From positions 1 through 40,059 of IMG/VR virus record IMGVR_UViG_3300048576_000513: a DNA stretch of 40,059 bases, one strand, 5' to 3'. Origin of the DNA: a virus (lineage: Duplodnaviria; Caudoviricetes). The position numbers and the translations under genes are program-made. Positions 1-9,178 of the stretch are shown one piece after another (position 1 is the first letter of the stretch; every line of letters begins with the position of its first letter). Under the pieces are notes generated by a model. The model was not told where the DNA came from, made no database searches, and worked only from the letters and a program-made list of their open reading frames with translations.

Positions 1-1191
1 TTGCCCCAACTGACCGAGGTAAAGCTGCGTGCGATAAGGCAAAGCGGCAAGATCGAACGCTTCCACGACGGCGGCGGCCTGTACCTGGAGTTGAGCGCCG
101 CCGGCGGGAAATACTGGCGCTGGAAGTACAAATTCGAGGGGAAGGAAAAGCGGTTGAGTTTCGGGGCCTGGCCGGATGTTTCCCTCAAGGATGCCCGGGA
201 GAAGCGCGACACCTGCCGGAAGCTGTTAAAGGGGGGTACCGACCCCGGGCAAGAGAAGGGTCATTCACAAAGCCACTGCCCAGGGCCCGTCGCGACGTTC
301 AAAACCGTGGCCGAGGAATGGGTGCGGAACCAGAAAAACGTCTGGGTCGATACCCATGCCGAGACGGTCGAAAGCCGGCTTGCGAGCAACGTCTACCCCT
401 ACATCGGAGACAGCCCCATTGCCGGGATAGCGCCCCAGGACATCCTCGCCCTGCTCCGCAAGATCGAGGAGCGCGGGGCCTATGAAGTCGCCAAGCGCGT
501 CCTTGGAATTTGTTCGCTCGTTTTCCGGTACGGCGTGGCCATCGGGGCCGTGGGTTCTGACCCTTGCCGTGACCTGCGGGGGGCCCTCATACCACGCCAG
601 AAGGGGCAATTCGCGGCCCTCACGAAGCCGAAGGATGTCGGCATCCTCTTGTTGGCCATCGACGAATACAAGGGCTCTGGCGTGGTCCGGGCGGCGCTGA
701 AGTTCTCGGCTCTGACCTTCTGCCGGCCTGGGGAGATTCGAAAAGCGGAATGGGCGGAGATTGATTTCGAGGCGAAGGAATGGACAATACCGGCCGCCAG
801 GATGAAGGTCCGCGTCGAGCATCGAGTGCCGTTATCTCAACAAGCACTTGAAGTCCTGGAGGGGCTACGCCCCCTCACGGGCTCGGGGAAATATCTATTC
901 CCCGGGCCTCGCGGCAAGGACAAGCCCCTATCAGAAAATGCCATCAACGTGGCGATCCGCATCATGGGGTATGGAAAGGATCAAATGACGGCCCATGGGT
1001 TCCGGGCCATGGCCTCTACGCTCCTGAATGAGGGCGGGCATGATCCAGACGTGATCGAGGCGCAGCTTGCCCACACGGGTGCGGACAAAATCCGCGCCAT
1101 CTACAATCGGGCGCAGTACATGGAAAAGCGAAGAATTTTGATGCAGGCATGGGCAGACTACCTGGACGAACTAAGGTCTTCGGCGCTGTAG
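1..1191 (+). CDS. int: P4-family tyrosine integrase
   Basis: Arm-binding N-terminus (DGGGLYL..GGKYWRWKY), catalytic R (CRPGE), HGFR, LAH, Y (AIYNRAQY). TTG start at window edge. Confidence 0.97.
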   Translation: MPQLTEVKLRAIRQSGKIERFHDGGGLYLELSAAGGKYWRWKYKFEGKEKRLSFGAWPDVSLKDAREKRDTCRKLLKGGTDPGQEKGHSQSHCPGPVATFKTVAEEWVRNQKNVWVDTHAETVESRLASNVYPYIGDSPIAGIAPQDILALLRKIEERGAYEVAKRVLGICSLVFRYGVAIGAVGSDPCRDLRGALIPRQKGQFAALTKPKDVGILLLAIDEYKGSGVVRAALKFSALTFCRPGEIRKAEWAEIDFEAKEWTIPAARMKVRVEHRVPLSQQALEVLEGLRPLTGSGKYLFPGPRGKDKPLSENAINVAIRIMGYGKDQMTAHGFRAMASTLLNEGGHDPDVIEAQLAHTGADKIRAIYNRAQYMEKRRILMQAWADYLDELRSSAL

Positions 1192-1391
1192 GGCTTGCCG
1201 GGAAGCTGCTTGATGACCTCGCGCAGGTCGCCTAAGCGCCAGACGGGCGTGGCCCCAATGTAGCGCTGCTTGGGGATGATCCCCCTGTCGATGTTGAGGT
1301 AAAATGTCGAAATAGGCATGTCGGCCAGGAATTTCCGAGCATCGTTGCAGCGAAGAAGCCGGTCGTCGTCATCCATTAATTTCGGGTCCAT
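1158..1391 (-). CDS. AlpA-like excisionase
   Basis: 77 aa MDPKL..RLLR..STFY..IDRGIIPKQRYIG..VWRLGDL, convergent on int. Confidence 0.85.
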   Translation of the reverse strand: MDPKLMDDDDRLLRCNDARKFLADMPISTFYLNIDRGIIPKQRYIGATPVWRLGDLREVIKQLPGKPYSAEDLSSSR

Positions 1392-1396
1392 CTCCC

Positions 1397-1684
1397 CTAC
1401 TCCTTCCCTCGACCGGCCTTGACCCACCCCATGCCGCCGCACGTCGGGCAGGGCTTTAGATCGCCGATGTCCAAGGTTCCATACCCGCAACAATCCGGGC
1501 ACTCTGGGCAAAAGGCGGGACACACGTGGTCTCTTGGATCACCATCTCCATCGCAAATCCCCCGCCCAGCCACACCCATCCCGTGGATGCACTCATGCCA
1601 AGGGCAAACAATTTCCTCTTCTGGAATGGAGGGACCCATGGAAATACTGGCCACGAACTGACCATGCTTATCGCGGGTTAGCAT
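1397..1684 (-). CDS. Cys-rich protein with DnaJ-type zinc-finger motifs
   Basis: CPDCCGYG and CPTCGGMG (CxxCxGxG). Confidence 0.65.
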   Translation of the reverse strand: MLTRDKHGQFVASISMGPSIPEEEIVCPWHECIHGMGVAGRGICDGDGDPRDHVCPAFCPECPDCCGYGTLDIGDLKPCPTCGGMGWVKAGRGKE

Positions 1685-1687
1685 TCT

Positions 1688-1960
1688 TCACCTCCCGGCC
1701 ACGGGCGCCTTAATTTTGTCAGAGACATTTCTAGCTTCAAGATACAACCGGGCAAGGGTATAATCTCCACATGGATTTTCACAGCACTCACATCCCGAAA
1801 CTAGACTCGCCGCCAACGCATCCGCTCTTTCCAGTGCCTTGTCCATTTGCTCCATAGCCTCCACAATCATGCCCATATCTGTGGCCGTGATTTGGCCACC
1901 AGACTTGAGGTGGAGATACAAGCGGCGAGCCAGGGCAATATATCCTCGATGGTCATCCAT
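1688..1960 (-). CDS. Hypothetical phage protein
   Basis: Starts MDDHRGY; overlaps the stop of the upstream gene. Confidence 0.6.
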   Translation of the reverse strand: MDDHRGYIALARRLYLHLKSGGQITATDMGMIVEAMEQMDKALERADALAASLVSGCECCENPCGDYTLARLYLEARNVSDKIKAPVAGR

Positions 1961-2555
1961 GGCGGTCCTCCTGGTAGGCTTTGGCGGCGTTTTCAACCAT
2001 CTTCACCCTGTTTATATATTCAGTGTAATCGTAAAGTTCATCAAACGCCAAACTCCTGTTTGCCATTTCCTTTACGGCGACGCGAAAGTCATCAAACTGA
2101 ACTTCCCAAGGCTTTCTGATTAACTCTCTCAATTCTTCAATCCGCGCCCGCAAAAATCCAGCCACTTCACGCAGATCTGTAGCATGCTGGATTGCTTCCG
2201 CCAGCGCATCCGCCATCTTGACGATCCCATCCAAGCGGGCCCGCTCCTGACATAACTGGTCAACCTGTCGAATTAAAGTTACACACTCTCCTTCCCGTTG
2301 CATAACTGCGTCATTAAGGGCGTACCGCTCCTGCCGCAGGGCCGCGTTCTCGGCCTCTGCCTTCTCAAGCCGGGCCAGGGCGTCCTGCAACAGTTCCGTC
2401 TCATTGGCCAGCATTCGCTTCGTGATGTCCGCGCCTTCCTCCAGGCCCTTGCATCGGCCGTCCAGGCGTGACTTCTCGGAAAGGAGGGCGATGCATTGCT
2501 CGCAGGGCGTGAACCCGCACGACTTGCCGGACTCGGAAGGGGAGCGTTCACACAT
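1953..2555 (-). CDS. Coiled-coil hypothetical protein
   Basis: 200 aa, heptad-rich, coupled to neighbours. Confidence 0.7.
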   Translation of the reverse strand: MCERSPSESGKSCGFTPCEQCIALLSEKSRLDGRCKGLEEGADITKRMLANETELLQDALARLEKAEAENAALRQERYALNDAVMQREGECVTLIRQVDQLCQERARLDGIVKMADALAEAIQHATDLREVAGFLRARIEELRELIRKPWEVQFDDFRVAVKEMANRSLAFDELYDYTEYINRVKMVENAAKAYQEDRHG

Positions 2556-2799
2556 TGTATGTCTCCTCGCGGACGACAGAGTTTAGGTCGATGTCCTTTT
2601 TTATGTCTTTGATGTACCTTTCCGCCTGTTCCCAACACAAAAATTGTTTGTCTATTTTCTCCCACTCTTCCGTCTCAATATATCGACCAGCAAGAGTATC
2701 GGCTGCCCAAAGTTCTCCTCCATGTAAAGATGATATCCTGACCATTTTTTGATAGACAGTCACTTCTCCACTTTTCTTTTGGACGATCTTGAATTGCAT
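2548..2799 (-). CDS. Hypothetical protein
   Basis: 83 aa, start/stop overlaps on both sides. Confidence 0.65.
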   Translation of the reverse strand: MQFKIVQKKSGEVTVYQKMVRISSLHGGELWAADTLAGRYIETEEWEKIDKQFLCWEQAERYIKDIKKDIDLNSVVREETYNV

Positions 2800-2969
2800 T
2801 ATTCCCCCTCCACCCGCGCATCGACCGTCTGTTCGGTGGGGACGGGAAGCGTCTTCTCTTCTCTATCCGCCCCTTCGATCAACTGTTGGACATCAACCCC
2901 AAGGGCTTCGGCTAACAGAAAGACTGAAGCCAGATATCTTCCGTCACGAGATTCAACTGTCTTGGGCAT
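2799..2969 (-). CDS. Small hypothetical protein (MPKTVESRDG...VEGE)
   Basis: 56 aa ORF read by hand, TAATG-coupled to the next gene. Confidence 0.5.
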   Translation of the reverse strand: MPKTVESRDGRYLASVFLLAEALGVDVQQLIEGADREEKTLPVPTEQTVDARVEGE

Positions 2970-3144
2970 TTGGCATCCTCCAATATGCGGCCTTGATTTG
3001 GTTTATGATCTGGCACACAAAGCAAATCCCAAGACCAACGAGACCTGTCGTTAAATTGCATTTCCCAAGGACAATACACATCGGCCATATCATGCAACCC
3101 AAGAGACTTAAAAAGCCTATGGTAAATTTTATAGGTGGGGTCAT
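2953..3144 (-). CDS. Small two-helix membrane protein
   Basis: Two hydrophobic segments in 63 aa. Confidence 0.55.
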   Translation of the reverse strand: MTPPIKFTIGFLSLLGCMIWPMCIVLGKCNLTTGLVGLGICFVCQIINQIKAAYWRMPNAQDS

Positions 3145-3147
3145 AGA

Positions 3148-3606
3148 TTATTTCTGTTCCTCCGCGTCGAGGGCGGAAATACTATTGGCGAGGTCGTTTG
3201 CCGCAATCTCCTCGTACCGCTTTAGGACTGCCATGTTCTCGAAATTGCCAACAAGCGAAGCCTGCTCGTACCCAAGTCGTTGCAAAAGGAGTCCGCTTGC
3301 CGCTTCCGCCACCCGTTCCAGCTTCTCGTTCCTCTCCCGCAACCGCTCCACCTCGGCCAGGAGGGCGGGGACGTCGGTACGGGAATGGGCGATGAATGCA
3401 GTGTTGGCAAAGCCTTCTTCTCCAGAAATATGATTTTTATATTGGTTCCCTCGGCCATCATGGATGGAAAGGTCGCCAATTATTCTTTTTGGCTTTTCGA
3501 CGGGCGACAATTGGGCGCAATCACCAAGGACTGTAAAATACCACGGCCCCTTAGTCGCCTTCTCAGCCCGCTCCCTGATCTCCTCAAGCTGCTTTGCCGT
3601 CAGCAT
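3148..3606 (-). CDS. ead/Ea22-like protein
   Basis: LEEIRERAEKATKGPW...NTAFIAHSRTDVPALLAEVERLR family pattern. Confidence 0.8.
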   Translation of the reverse strand: MLTAKQLEEIRERAEKATKGPWYFTVLGDCAQLSPVEKPKRIIGDLSIHDGRGNQYKNHISGEEGFANTAFIAHSRTDVPALLAEVERLRERNEKLERVAEAASGLLLQRLGYEQASLVGNFENMAVLKRYEEIAANDLANSISALDAEEQK

Positions 3607-3643
3607 GGCCACGCTCCTTCCCTCTTGATGGCCAACCCAGCCA

Positions 3644-4126
3644 TCATAAATTTGCCGCCCTTCGGATGCCGTCGTACAGAGCCAATCCGGGCACCCAGGA
3701 ACCGTCCAGTTGATCCTCGTATTGGGCCACCATCCAGCCCAGGACGCGGTAGATGAGCCGCCATGTGTGGGCAAGCTGAGACCGGCCGCCGCGCCGGGCA
3801 ACCAGTTCCGCATCCTCGGCTAGGCCGTGGGCGGTGACGATCCAGCGGAGCCCATCTTGTGTTTTCGCCCCTTGGCGTTCGACCACGTCCATGACTTGGC
3901 CCAGAGTCTTGGCGTAAGCATCATGGGCTTTCTGGTTCTTGAAATGCCAGCCACCTTTTTCGTTCCGGCCACCTAGGCGCAGCTCGCAAAGGCGGATGAG
4001 GCAGCCGAGCCGGGCCCGGGCCATGGCAAGGGCGGGGATTGCATCCGTGGACGTGTAAACGGCGTTGCAGACATCCACGGCGATCATGTGGGAACGGTAG
4101 GCAAGTGATGGGGTGACGGTGTTCAT
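3644..4126 (-). CDS. Hypothetical protein
   Basis: Starts MNTVTPS with ATGA overlap. Confidence 0.65.
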   Translation of the reverse strand: MNTVTPSLAYRSHMIAVDVCNAVYTSTDAIPALAMARARLGCLIRLCELRLGGRNEKGGWHFKNQKAHDAYAKTLGQVMDVVERQGAKTQDGLRWIVTAHGLAEDAELVARRGGRSQLAHTWRLIYRVLGWMVAQYEDQLDGSWVPGLALYDGIRRAANL

Positions 4127-4689
4127 CCCTCCACCCTCTTCACCTTCACCACCCAAGCCCACGGGTTCGACTCCCAGGGGTAGCGACGGCCGTAGCGGGA
4201 GGACCAGAACGCCTCAAACTCCGCACGAATCTGCTTGTAGAGCTCATGGCTGGCCGGAGTGTCCATGGACACGCCAAGGGCCATCCGCATGTCGTTCTCG
4301 CAGAGTTGATGCAGGCGGCAGCACCGCACGCTTTCAACCTCCAGGGTGATCCTGGACGCTGCTTCCGGCATCCTGGTTGACGGTTCCCAAGGGCCAGATT
4401 CAACACCATCCGCCGCATAAGCGTACTCATTGACGGGGTGGCCCAATGCCTTCCACGTCTCTTTGCACCGCAGCCGCGTTCCAGGGGCGCCGAAGGGGCT
4501 CTTATCGAGGATCGTGAACCGCCCGCACGCTCCAAGAACTGTACGGCCGGCGACGTCCATATGGTCGGCCAGCGGATGACTGCATACGCACATCGTCTTG
4601 TGGGCGACCGGCCTGACGACCAGCCCCAGCCTATCGTCCAGAGCGGCGCGGGCTTCGTGCGGCGAGAGGGTGAAGCTATGTTCTTTCAT
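4123..4689 (-). CDS. Phage ASCH/PUA-like protein
   Basis: KETW, WEPSTRMPEAASRITLEV, WESNPWAWVV resemble the common WxPSIHMPRWASRITLE...WxxNPWVWV family. Confidence 0.7.
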   Translation of the reverse strand: MKEHSFTLSPHEARAALDDRLGLVVRPVAHKTMCVCSHPLADHMDVAGRTVLGACGRFTILDKSPFGAPGTRLRCKETWKALGHPVNEYAYAADGVESGPWEPSTRMPEAASRITLEVESVRCCRLHQLCENDMRMALGVSMDTPASHELYKQIRAEFEAFWSSRYGRRYPWESNPWAWVVKVKRVEG

Positions 4690-4710
4690 CCCCGTTCCTC
4701 CGGGAATGCG

Positions 4711-5175
4711 TCATGGGTTTGGCCGTCGAGCAGCCGGCCGGAAGCGTGCCGCGAGAGCCGGGCGCGGGGAAGATGTGCGGGAGTGGGTGTTGGTGCATGC
4801 GGCCTCCTCGTTGTTTTTGACCACCTCCCGAATCCAGCCAGCCGGAATATGTCCGTCGAACACCATCCAGTTCTCAGGGTCGCCAGCCACATCCAGCACT
4901 TCATGGCTTGGCACATCCAACCTCGACCATGGGACTACTTTATCCATGTGGGACTTCGGAATTTTGATGGTAAGACGAACAGCATTTCTCCGGTAGGGGA
5001 GGTGGCTATGCGTCTGCCAATCCTGAACGAAGCTCCCATTACTTGTCAGCCATTGGCATGGCCCAACAAAGCCATAGAATTTCCCGTCCCGAATTATAGG
5101 AATGACGCCCTTCGTCAGACCTTCTCGTTGGATAGCCGGTAGAAGATGCGTCGCCGTAAAGTGGTAAAACTTCAT
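4711..5175 (-). CDS. Putative ADP-ribosyltransferase-fold protein
   Basis: FYHFT..L..I..EGL start, WLTS strand, WMVFDGHIP..WI end, as in Tpt1/DarT/DUF952-type ART folds. Confidence 0.55.
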   Translation of the reverse strand: MKFYHFTATHLLPAIQREGLTKGVIPIIRDGKFYGFVGPCQWLTSNGSFVQDWQTHSHLPYRRNAVRLTIKIPKSHMDKVVPWSRLDVPSHEVLDVAGDPENWMVFDGHIPAGWIREVVKNNEEAACTNTHSRTSSPRPALAARFRPAARRPNP

Positions 5176-5424
5176 TCCTTCACCGTTCTGGTTTTCGCTT
5201 CGACTCTCCTCAACTGCCTCCGCGCCCTTGCTCTCCACGGCCACGGCGCGGCCTGCTCTTCCAAAGCCTTCACGCGGCGGCGCGCTCGGGCGACGACCTC
5301 GATGATTCGCTTCTGGTGGCGCATTGGGCGGCCTCCTGCTGCTTTTTGGCGTGCTGGCGTTTGGCCCGGGTGATGAGGCGGTCGAAGCGGGCAAGGGCCT
5401 GGGCTTCGGTGAGGGGTTTGGACA

Positions 5425-7251
5425 TCAGGCAGCCCCTCCCATCGCCTCGCCCACGAACCGGCTTACCGGGCTCTCGTAGACGCGGACCTTGCCGTCCTGG
5501 CCCACCTTCTCCGACCGCTCCGGTCGCACGGCCAGGGTCAGGCAGTCCCGGGCCCGGGTGATGGCCACATAGGCAAGCCGGCGCTCTTCTTCGATGTCGC
5601 CTGCGTCCACGGCGCGCTTGCTCGGCAGGATGTCCTCATTGCAGCCGGCGAGGATCACGTAGGGCCATTCCAGGCCCTTGGCGCCGTGGATGGTGGCCAG
5701 AGTGACGACGCCGGGGCCGGCAGGGTCGGCCGGCGGAATCTCGTCCTGGACGTCGTAGGTGGAGAGCCATTCGAGGTAGGCGGCGACGGTGCGATCCTGC
5801 GGGGGGCGGCCGAAGCAGTACGACCCGACGAAATCCAGGATGTCTTCCGAGACAAAATCTCGCCGAGCCACCATATCAACATCATGCGCACGGATAGCCA
5901 CCAAGACATCGGTGTCCGGCGCGACACTGAAGAAGAGCCAGCCTTGATTGAAAGTCTCCTTCCACTCCTGGAAGTGGCTCCGGTCATGCTGAATGGCCAT
6001 GGCCCGGACGGCGGCGTAATCCTGGTCGGAGAGCTCAAGCTTGTCCTTGATGAGCAGAAACGCGAAGTTGTCGAACGGGTTCACCAGCAGCTTCAAGAAC
6101 GCATGGAACCGCCGGAACTCCTCGGTGTTGGTCAAGGCGGCCTTCTGGCCCACGTAGAGGTACGGCACGCCCACGGCGTCGAGCTCTTCGGCCACCCTCT
6201 GGAGCAGGACGTGCTTGCGGGCGAGGACGGCGGTTTCGCGGGGGAGGAAGTGGTTCAGGTTCGCCAACGTGGCGGCCCTGGCTACGGCCCGGCTGTCCAT
6301 CTCGGGACACGCAGCGACAAGCGCCCCATCTTCCCGGCACGCCTGCATTGTCACCGGCAACCGCATCCGGTTGTGCTCGATCAGCCTGTTTGCCGCTTCG
6401 ACGATCCAGGCCCCAGATCGGTAGTTCCGCTCCAGTCTCAGGACCTGGAAGGTATCCGCGTTCTCCAGGAGGTATTCCGGCGCGGCACCGCGCCATTGGT
6501 AGATGGCCTGGCTGGAATCTCCGACCGCGAATAGGCTGGCCGGCAACCCCTTGGCCATGGTCTCAAGGAGGCCCCACTGGAGTCGATCCAGATCCTGAAC
6601 CTCATCCACCAGCACATGCCGCCAGCCCAGGTACTGCATGACCCGGGGCAGAAGCAGCATAAAGCCGGTCAAGAGGCCGCCGTAGGTCAGGGCGTTGTTT
6701 TCCCGGCAGCGGGCCATGAAGGCGCGGAAGAGGTTGAAAAGCCCTTTGTCGAGCTCGGAAGGCTCAATCCCGGTCGAGTAGTACATGGAGAAGGTAGCAT
6801 CCACGGCCTTCTTGGAGAGCTTCCAGGTTTTCCCCTTGAGCGCCCCCATCTCCGTGGCCACTTGCCGGAGCAGGAACGACTCCTCCCACTCCGAATAGAC
6901 CGTGATGTTGTCCGGCCGCAGGCCAAGCAGTTCCCCGAACCGGCGAAGCTGCACCAGGGCCAGGGCGTGCATGGTGCCCATGGTCACGCCGAAGGCCTTG
7001 TTTCCGATCCGCTTCACCAGCCGTTCCCGCATCTCGCCGGCGGCCTTGCGGGTGAACGTCACGGCCACGATCTCGGACGGCGAGGCGTGGCACTCCTCAA
7101 TCAAGTAGGCGATGCGCTCGGTGAGCACGCGGGTCTTGCCGCTGCCGGCCCCGGCCAGAACCAGGGCCCGGGGCGCGTCGGTGGTCACGGCGGCAAGCTG
7201 GTCCGGATCGAGCGCGGCGCGCGCGCCGCAGGAGGGGTTAGGCGTTTCCAT
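5425..7251 (-). CDS. UvrD/PcrA-like SF1 DNA helicase
   Basis: AGAGSGKT, TFTRKAA, VDEVQD, VGDSSQAIYQWRGA, NYRS, TIHGAKGLEW, EERRLAYVAITRA. Confidence 0.96.
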   Translation of the reverse strand: METPNPSCGARAALDPDQLAAVTTDAPRALVLAGAGSGKTRVLTERIAYLIEECHASPSEIVAVTFTRKAAGEMRERLVKRIGNKAFGVTMGTMHALALVQLRRFGELLGLRPDNITVYSEWEESFLLRQVATEMGALKGKTWKLSKKAVDATFSMYYSTGIEPSELDKGLFNLFRAFMARCRENNALTYGGLLTGFMLLLPRVMQYLGWRHVLVDEVQDLDRLQWGLLETMAKGLPASLFAVGDSSQAIYQWRGAAPEYLLENADTFQVLRLERNYRSGAWIVEAANRLIEHNRMRLPVTMQACREDGALVAACPEMDSRAVARAATLANLNHFLPRETAVLARKHVLLQRVAEELDAVGVPYLYVGQKAALTNTEEFRRFHAFLKLLVNPFDNFAFLLIKDKLELSDQDYAAVRAMAIQHDRSHFQEWKETFNQGWLFFSVAPDTDVLVAIRAHDVDMVARRDFVSEDILDFVGSYCFGRPPQDRTVAAYLEWLSTYDVQDEIPPADPAGPGVVTLATIHGAKGLEWPYVILAGCNEDILPSKRAVDAGDIEEERRLAYVAITRARDCLTLAVRPERSEKVGQDGKVRVYESPVSRFVGEAMGGAA

Positions 7252-7633
7252 CGTGAACCTCCGATATGAGGGGAAATTCCAGCGAGTATTTTGTGTACCA
7301 AGGCTTAGGCTCGTGCGGGCCTATCTCTCCAAGGAGAAGCAAGACGTACCCGCCCTCGACGCCTTCTTGGCAAAGGAACCGCTTGGCATATGCGAAAAAA
7401 GAGCGGCCACCCGTATCATATGAGCCAAGGTACGGAACGCATACGAAGTGCAAGGTATCGCCATGTCGGATGCCGTAGACGTCTTTGATGACCGCCAGTC
7501 CAAAACGAAGAATCTCGCGGTATCTTTCGTATGGTAACTCCACAGTATGGACCATCGACGGGCAAAGTATCCCGCCGGGGTACAACGCCCGTTCCGGGCA
7601 CGGATGGGGATGGAACGGGCTAGGCCGCATCAC
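7238..7633 (-). CDS. Hypothetical protein
   Basis: 131 aa, overlaps both neighbours. Confidence 0.55.
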   Translation of the reverse strand: MMRPSPFHPHPCPERALYPGGILCPSMVHTVELPYERYREILRFGLAVIKDVYGIRHGDTLHFVCVPYLGSYDTGGRSFFAYAKRFLCQEGVEGGYVLLLLGEIGPHEPKPWYTKYSLEFPLISEVHDGNA

Positions 7634-8207
7634 CCACCTCCACCACGTCCCACCCCTCCGGCACGCTCGCCGGCCGGTGGCAGGAATTAACTACAAGCTG
7701 CGTCCCCGGGTTGGTGACGACCATGTGCTCCAGGGCCAGGGTCAGGTGCGCCTCGTCGAGCTCGGCCACCTCCAGGATCAGGACCCGGTGCTTGGCGTCG
7801 CCGAGCAGCGCATGGGCCATGGCGGCGTCGAAAAGCACGCGCTGGCCGCCGCTCAATCCGGCGTGGGGGATCGTGCGCCCGTCCGGCCGCTTCCAGGCCA
7901 GGATCACGGCGCCGTCGTCCTCAATGTGCATATCGGCCTCGCCCTCGGGGAGAATCTGCCTCATGACCTCGGCCAGGGCCTCGCACGTCTTGGCCATGGC
8001 CTTGGCCTTCTGGCTTTTGAGGGCTTCGAGGGCGGCCTTGGCTTCCACCAGCCCCTTGCGGGCATTGGCGGCCTTGGCGCGCTGCGCCTCGATCACCTCT
8101 TCGAGTCCCTTGGCCTGGTTGTAGAGGGCCAGTTCCCCGCGCAGGGACTTCAACCGGGCTTCCAGGCCGGAAACCTGTTGCTCCAGAATGGCGGTGTCGG
8201 CGCTCAT
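7620..8207 (-). CDS. C-terminal half of Rad50/SbcC-like ABC ATPase
   Basis: Coiled coil, LSGGQ signature, variant Walker B/D-loop VLILEVAELD, H-switch VVNSCH. Confidence 0.8.
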   Translation of the reverse strand: MSADTAILEQQVSGLEARLKSLRGELALYNQAKGLEEVIEAQRAKAANARKGLVEAKAALEALKSQKAKAMAKTCEALAEVMRQILPEGEADMHIEDDGAVILAWKRPDGRTIPHAGLSGGQRVLFDAAMAHALLGDAKHRVLILEVAELDEAHLTLALEHMVVTNPGTQLVVNSCHRPASVPEGWDVVEVGDAA

Positions 8208-9178
8208 GCGGCGGCCCTCCCGTCCAGCCCCTTGCGGGCCTTGGCCAGTTCTTGCTTGATGACCATCTTGGCGGCGCATACGTCGCAGCCGGCCCGGTCC
8301 ATGGTGGAGAGGATGCGCTCAAGGATGACGGTCATGTCGGGAGCGGCCGGGGCGGCCGGCTCTTGCCGAAGGAATGCTTCGGGTGGTCCGGCTTCTCCGA
8401 CAAGGTGATATCCCGAGACTTCGGGGCCCCCACCCTGCGCCAGTGTGGCCGTCTCGGCCGGGGCCGATTGTTCAACCTGCCGCGCTTCGGCCTTGGCCTG
8501 CTCCTCGACCCTGGCCGCCGCGATCCGCTCCGCTTCCAGGTCGGCCCGGGCCTGCCGCAAATCAGCTTCGGCCTTGTCGATCTCGGCCTGCTTGTCGGCC
8601 ATGGTCCCGGCCGGAAGCTGGATGCCGGCCTTCTTGGACGTGATGTTGGCGACCAGGGACGCCGCTTCCCGCTCCTCGCGCTCCAGGGCCGCGATGCGCT
8701 TCGCCTGCCGCTCGATCTTTTCGGCAATCCCCTTCACGTCGCCTTCCGGCGGAAACAGGCGTAAAAGCTCGTCGATTTTCTTGGCGTCGGAGAGCCCGAG
8801 GAACACCGAGAGGTCCACCACGGCCACGTCGGCCAGGGCCCGGGCGAACTCGGGCGCGCTGCACTTGATGCCGCCGGCGTACATCTCCTGGGACACGGCC
8901 CCGGTGCGTTCGGAGCGCGAGAACCGGCGCTCGAGCTTCTTGCCCGACTCCAGGACCACCCCGGCGCGCAGGTCCTTGCCCTTGCCGTCGTGGAAGGCCT
9001 CCAGGATCGCAGCGTTTTGCTTTCCGGCCCCGGGCACGTAGCCGAGAACCGCGAGCTGCAGGGCCTGGGTCCGGGCGGACTTGCCTGCCCCGTTCGGCCC
9101 CACTACCAGGGTCAGCCCCCCCAAGGGGGCCTGGAACGTGGCCCCCTTGAAGTTGTGGGCGGTGACCGCGGCGATCAC
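8204..9178 (-). CDS. N-terminal half of Rad50/SbcC-like ABC ATPase
   Basis: HNFKG, Walker A GPNGAGKS, coiled coil, CDVC near C-terminus. Confidence 0.85.
   Translation of the reverse strand: MIAAVTAHNFKGATFQAPLGGLTLVVGPNGAGKSARTQALQLAVLGYVPGAGKQNAAILEAFHDGKGKDLRAGVVLESGKKLERRFSRSERTGAVSQEMYAGGIKCSAPEFARALADVAVVDLSVFLGLSDAKKIDELLRLFPPEGDVKGIAEKIERQAKRIAALEREEREAASLVANITSKKAGIQLPAGTMADKQAEIDKAEADLRQARADLEAERIAAARVEEQAKAEARQVEQSAPAETATLAQGGGPEVSGYHLVGEAGPPEAFLRQEPAAPAAPDMTVILERILSTMDRAGCDVCAAKMVIKQELAKARKGLDGRAAA

Noticed and set aside
1-60. attL or tRNA integration site
   Set aside because: Window begins at the int start codon; no tRNA recognised in the window.
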